64,000 bases of DNA. Origin: a virus. Its lineage: Duplodnaviria > Caudoviricetes. How positions within the stretch are numbered: position 1 is the first letter of the stretch; every line of letters starts with the position of its first letter. Shown here in pieces: positions 60,745 through 64,000 of the stretch. Under the pieces are notes generated by a model, which made no database searches, was not told the DNA's origin, and saw only the letters and a program-made list of their open reading frames with translations. The stretch is from the IMG/VR virus record IMGVR_UViG_3300033068_001847, positions 64,001-128,000 of that record; one strand, written 5' to 3'. Both the position numbers and the translations under genes were made by a program.

Positions 60745-61662
60745 ATGAGAAAGAATAAAATCGTAAGAGTATTAATTGGACCTCCAGCCAGTGGTAAAAC
60801 TACATGGACTAAACAGTTCTTGTTGAGAAACCGTGATTGGGTGTCAGTGAATCGTGATGCCTTTCGGTTTATGTTCAGAGATGAACCTACACCTGAGCCA
60901 CGAGTAGAGGATCTTATAACTGAAATGCAAGCTGAAGCTATTGTTAAAGCTCTAAATAAAGGACTTAACGTAATAGTAGATAATACTAATTTAAGACATA
61001 AATATTTAAATGAAATTATTCAACTAGTTCAATTTAAAGCAGATGTTGAATTTCAAATATTTGATGCACCATTACATGTATGTCAGAAACGAGATAAGGA
61101 ACGTGCTAAATCAGTAGGTGATGAAGTTGTTAATAAAATGCACAACCAGTATAAAAACATCATTGATAGTTTTGGCTTTGAGAACCGTTCTAAGCGACCT
61201 TCATACGAAGATAGGTTTATTCCTCTTGTACAAGATCAAACACTCCCACAAGCTGTTATATTTGATATAGACGGTACAATAGCTTTGATGGGAAGAAGAA
61301 GTGAATATGATTGGAATAAAGTAGATGTAGATGATCCTCATGATATAGTTATTGAGCAAATAAAACTTCACCAAGATAAAGGGCGTAAGATTTTACTGGT
61401 TTCAGGTAGGGATGAAGAAGCTAGGGAAAAAACACTCTACTGGCTTGAGTATTATAATGTTTATTTTGATGAATTATTAATGCGTCCTAAAGATGATATG
61501 AGAAAAGATTATATTATTAAAAAAGAGATTTTTAATAATCAAATCAAAGACCGATATAATGTATGGGCTGTGTATGATGATCGCTTACAAGTAATTAAAA
61601 AAGCTTGGTTTGAATTAGGATTATTTTGTTTCAATGTTAATCAAGGGATGAAAGATTTTTAA
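60745..61662 (+). CDS. pseT: polynucleotide 5'-kinase / 3'-phosphatase (T4 Pnk-like)
   Basis: GPPASGKTT, NRD, DNTN kinase motifs; FDIDGT, SGR, DDR HAD phosphatase motifs. Confidence 0.92.
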   Translation: MRKNKIVRVLIGPPASGKTTWTKQFLLRNRDWVSVNRDAFRFMFRDEPTPEPRVEDLITEMQAEAIVKALNKGLNVIVDNTNLRHKYLNEIIQLVQFKADVEFQIFDAPLHVCQKRDKERAKSVGDEVVNKMHNQYKNIIDSFGFENRSKRPSYEDRFIPLVQDQTLPQAVIFDIDGTIALMGRRSEYDWNKVDVDDPHDIVIEQIKLHQDKGRKILLVSGRDEEAREKTLYWLEYYNVYFDELLMRPKDDMRKDYIIKKEIFNNQIKDRYNVWAVYDDRLQVIKKAWFELGLFCFNVNQGMKDF

Positions 61663-61922
61663 TCAACTAAGCCACTTTTTTTTAAAATACTGTAATAATT
61701 TGGGTTTTCCATTAGATGATCTAAAGCTATTTCTAAAGCTAATTTTTTATTTTTAGTATGTTCCATTTCAGTAGGTACTCCAATTTTTAATTGGGATTCT
61801 ATTTTTGAAATTGAGACTTTATGTTTTTTAGCAATAGATTCAATACTTTGATAATCACTTATACCGCCTTTTATTGTATCCGATATTTTTTTATATTGAG
61901 CTTCGGTTATTATAATTTTCAT
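61659..61922 (-). CDS. DUF5661-like small protein with MKIIITEAQY motif
   Basis: G...EMEHT...A.EIALDHL.E.P.YY; TATTTATA at 61934-61941. Confidence 0.7.
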   Translation of the reverse strand: MKIIITEAQYKKISDTIKGGISDYQSIESIAKKHKVSISKIESQLKIGVPTEMEHTKNKKLALEIALDHLMENPNYYSILKKSGLVD

Positions 61923-62005
61923 AATATGTTTTTTATAAATATTTCTAAATTAGAAAAATAATAACTATATTTGATTATTATTATGAATTATAACTTAAAA
62001 AGGTT

Positions 62006-62572
62006 ATGGAAAAGATTGAATTATTTGAAAATTTTGATATAGGTGTAGATCCAAATACGTGTTTTGATATCTTATCAAAAAATATCAAATGGCACGAAAC
62101 GTTATTGAGTGTAAATAATGAGCCAGTTAAAATTAAAAGAAAAATGGCTTATGTCTATGATAGAGTTGTAACTTATTATTATAGTACATTACACTTTGAA
62201 GGTGAATTATGGATTCCTGTATTAGAAACGATCAGAGATAAAGTAAATGGATTTACTGGTATTGAATTTAATTCAGTATTGTTGAATTACTATAAAAATG
62301 GTAAGGATGAAATAAAATGGCACTCTGATAAAGAAGAAAATTTAGGTGATATAAGCGAATCAGTTATTGCTACAGTAAATTTAGGAGCTACCAGAAAATT
62401 CTGGTATTTAAATAAAGCTACTGGTGATAAAGACTTTTACTCTGTAGCCAACGGTGGATTGTTAATGATGAATGCTGGTTTTCAAAATGAGTATTTACAT
62501 GCAATATTACCTGAAAAACAAATAAAAGATCCAAGGATTAGTTTAACATTTAGAAAAGTAACTCATGACTAA
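62006..62572 (+). CDS. AlkB-family 2OG-Fe(II) dioxygenase
   Basis: FNSVLLNYY..G.D.I.WHSD...LGATR.F...H...RISLTFR. Confidence 0.9.
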   Translation: MEKIELFENFDIGVDPNTCFDILSKNIKWHETLLSVNNEPVKIKRKMAYVYDRVVTYYYSTLHFEGELWIPVLETIRDKVNGFTGIEFNSVLLNYYKNGKDEIKWHSDKEENLGDISESVIATVNLGATRKFWYLNKATGDKDFYSVANGGLLMMNAGFQNEYLHAILPEKQIKDPRISLTFRKVTHD

Positions 62573-62861
62573 AATTTTTATAGGCGGTGAATATCAATAT
62601 GATTATAAAATACATGTTGATGATAAAAATGAAGTTCATTATCAATTATATTTTAGTAATGATGAGTTGTGGAATGAAATTAATAGAGGTAAATTAGCAT
62701 ATGAAATTGTTGATGATGGATTTAAAATTAAAACAAAAATTCAAAAAGATCTTGAATATGATGAAGCTGAAGGATACATGATATTATTACAGATTCGATA
62801 TAATTATCCAGATTCCTACTGTGAAATATTACTCTACGATAACCCTAAAAAATTAGCATAA
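62565..62861 (+). CDS. hypothetical protein
   Basis: ORF track. Confidence 0.65.
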   Translation: MTKIFIGGEYQYDYKIHVDDKNEVHYQLYFSNDELWNEINRGKLAYEIVDDGFKIKTKIQKDLEYDEAEGYMILLQIRYNYPDSYCEILLYDNPKKLA

Positions 62862-63319
62862 TGGATGAGTTTATAATAACTAAAATTCTTAAAGAAAATG
62901 TACAATTAGCAACATTTTTTGCATTAGTTATAATCTTATTTTTCACATTCTGTTTAATATATTTCTTAGTAGATTATGTCAGAAGATCATATTTCGAAAA
63001 AAGAATACCTAAATTAGCTAATATTAAAAAAGGTGATTCCTATGATTTATATATCGGTAGAGCTAATAAATGGTTAGATTTACCTGCATCAAAATGGGGA
63101 AATCCATTCTTAATGAAAAATGAATCCGAAAGAGCTAAAGTAATACTAGAGTACGAAAATCATATTTTAAATAATCCTGAATTAATTAAATCTTTACCAG
63201 AATTAGCTGGTAAAACTTTAGGATGTTACTGTTTTAATACTGATAGAAATGAAGGTAAAACTTGTCATGGATTAATTTTAATTAAATTATATAAAGAATT
63301 TGTAGTAAATAAAAAATGA
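62861..63319 (+). CDS. DUF4326-like protein with N-terminal transmembrane helix
   Basis: YIGR...SKWGNPF...EL.GKTLGCYC...CHG..L. Confidence 0.8.
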   Translation: MDEFIITKILKENVQLATFFALVIILFFTFCLIYFLVDYVRRSYFEKRIPKLANIKKGDSYDLYIGRANKWLDLPASKWGNPFLMKNESERAKVILEYENHILNNPELIKSLPELAGKTLGCYCFNTDRNEGKTCHGLILIKLYKEFVVNKK

Positions 63320-63441
63320 GAAAATTTAAACATTACTTAGGACTCACGTCCTTGGCGGTACAACTATAACAGAATAAGTTGACAAAATAAATTTTTATAT
63401 TATATTTACTTAAAAAAGTTTTTAACCTTAAACAAATAGTA

Positions 63442-63897
63442 ATGCAAGTAGTTAGAATTCTTATAATAATATTAGTTGTTTTAATTTCACCTATTTTATT
63501 AATCAGTTGGATCTTCAAGTTATATAAGAAGAAAGTTATTACCAGAAACGACAATGAAAAATATTTAATAAGATATAATTTATTTGATTGTAAATTATTT
63601 TCAGTTAAAATTCATAATATCCTTTTGAGTGATTATGATTGTTTACATGATCATCCTTGGGCATTCTTTACTTTTATTATGAAGGGAGGATATGTAGAAT
63701 ATACACCAGAAGGTAGTAGAGTCTACGGAGTGGGTAGTTTTTTATATCGTCCAGCATCTTACATACATAAACTTGAATTACATCAACCAGCTTGGACGTT
63801 TGTTATTACCTTTAAAAAAGTACGTAAATGGGGATTTTTTACAAAAAATGGTTGGGTAGAATGGTTTAATTATGTACCTGCAAATACTTGTGAATAA
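63442..63897 (+). CDS. cupin-like phage protein with N-terminal hydrophobic segment
   Basis: YLIRY...H...SD...LHDHPW.F...GGY.E...H...WGF. Confidence 0.65.
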   Translation: MQVVRILIIILVVLISPILLISWIFKLYKKKVITRNDNEKYLIRYNLFDCKLFSVKIHNILLSDYDCLHDHPWAFFTFIMKGGYVEYTPEGSRVYGVGSFLYRPASYIHKLELHQPAWTFVITFKKVRKWGFFTKNGWVEWFNYVPANTCE

Positions 63898-63899
63898 TT

Positions 63900-64000
63900 A
63901 TGTTTAATTTAAGAAAAGAAAAAGAACTCCTTAAAAAGGAATTGGAATTATATAAACAGGAAGAAATTCTTAAAGTTGATATTGAAGTACAAACGTATAG
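63900..64000 (+). CDS. partial ORF running off the window
   Basis: MFNLRKEKELLKKELELYKQEEILKVDIEVQTY, open to the edge. Confidence 0.5.
   Translation, partial: MFNLRKEKELLKKELELYKQEEILKVDIEVQTY

Noticed and set aside
63316-63369. 17-codon ORF MRKFKHYLGLTSLAVQL as a second attenuator leader
   Set aside because: No downstream terminator hairpin and no biased codon run.
509-63554. Many short ORFs antisense to or nested in long genes (e.g. 509, 1130, 3088, 39383, 50674, 58321, 63333)
   Set aside because: They overlap well-supported genes, have no motifs, and show typical shadow-frame composition.
1-64000. Stop-codon reassignment (alternative genetic code)
   Set aside because: Long genes are intact in code 11, all three stops terminate genes, and no suppressor tRNA is present.
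1-64000. CRISPR array
   Set aside because: No regularly spaced repeat-spacer pattern was seen; repeats are coding modules.

Overview
AT-rich segment of a large T4-like (contractile-tail) jumbo phage in standard genetic code. TTG-N19/20-TAnnTTTG promoters point to a Bacteroidota host. The minus strand carries a family B DNA polymerase, a cluster of modular tail fibres plus a candidate endolysin, a replication/nucleotide block (NrdA/B, DnaB-like helicase, 5'-3' exonuclease, UvsX/RecA, gp32-like SSB), and baseplate, tape measure, tube, sheath and neck genes. The plus strand carries 11 tRNA genes followed by RNA ligase, HNH, Pnk/phosphatase and AlkB-family genes. Main discovery: a host-type promoter drives an unannotated 35-codon leader ORF (53727-53834), followed by an antiterminator/terminator pair and nine tRNA genes. 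Fifteen consecutive leader codons are all read by those nine tRNAs, and every one of the nine is represented. This suggests a ribosome-stalling attenuator that switches on a phage tRNA array when those tRNAs are depleted or cleaved. Three distinct promoter classes and a probable capsid-targeting N-terminal motif are also visible. All protein assignments come from motif recognition by eye; no searches were run.
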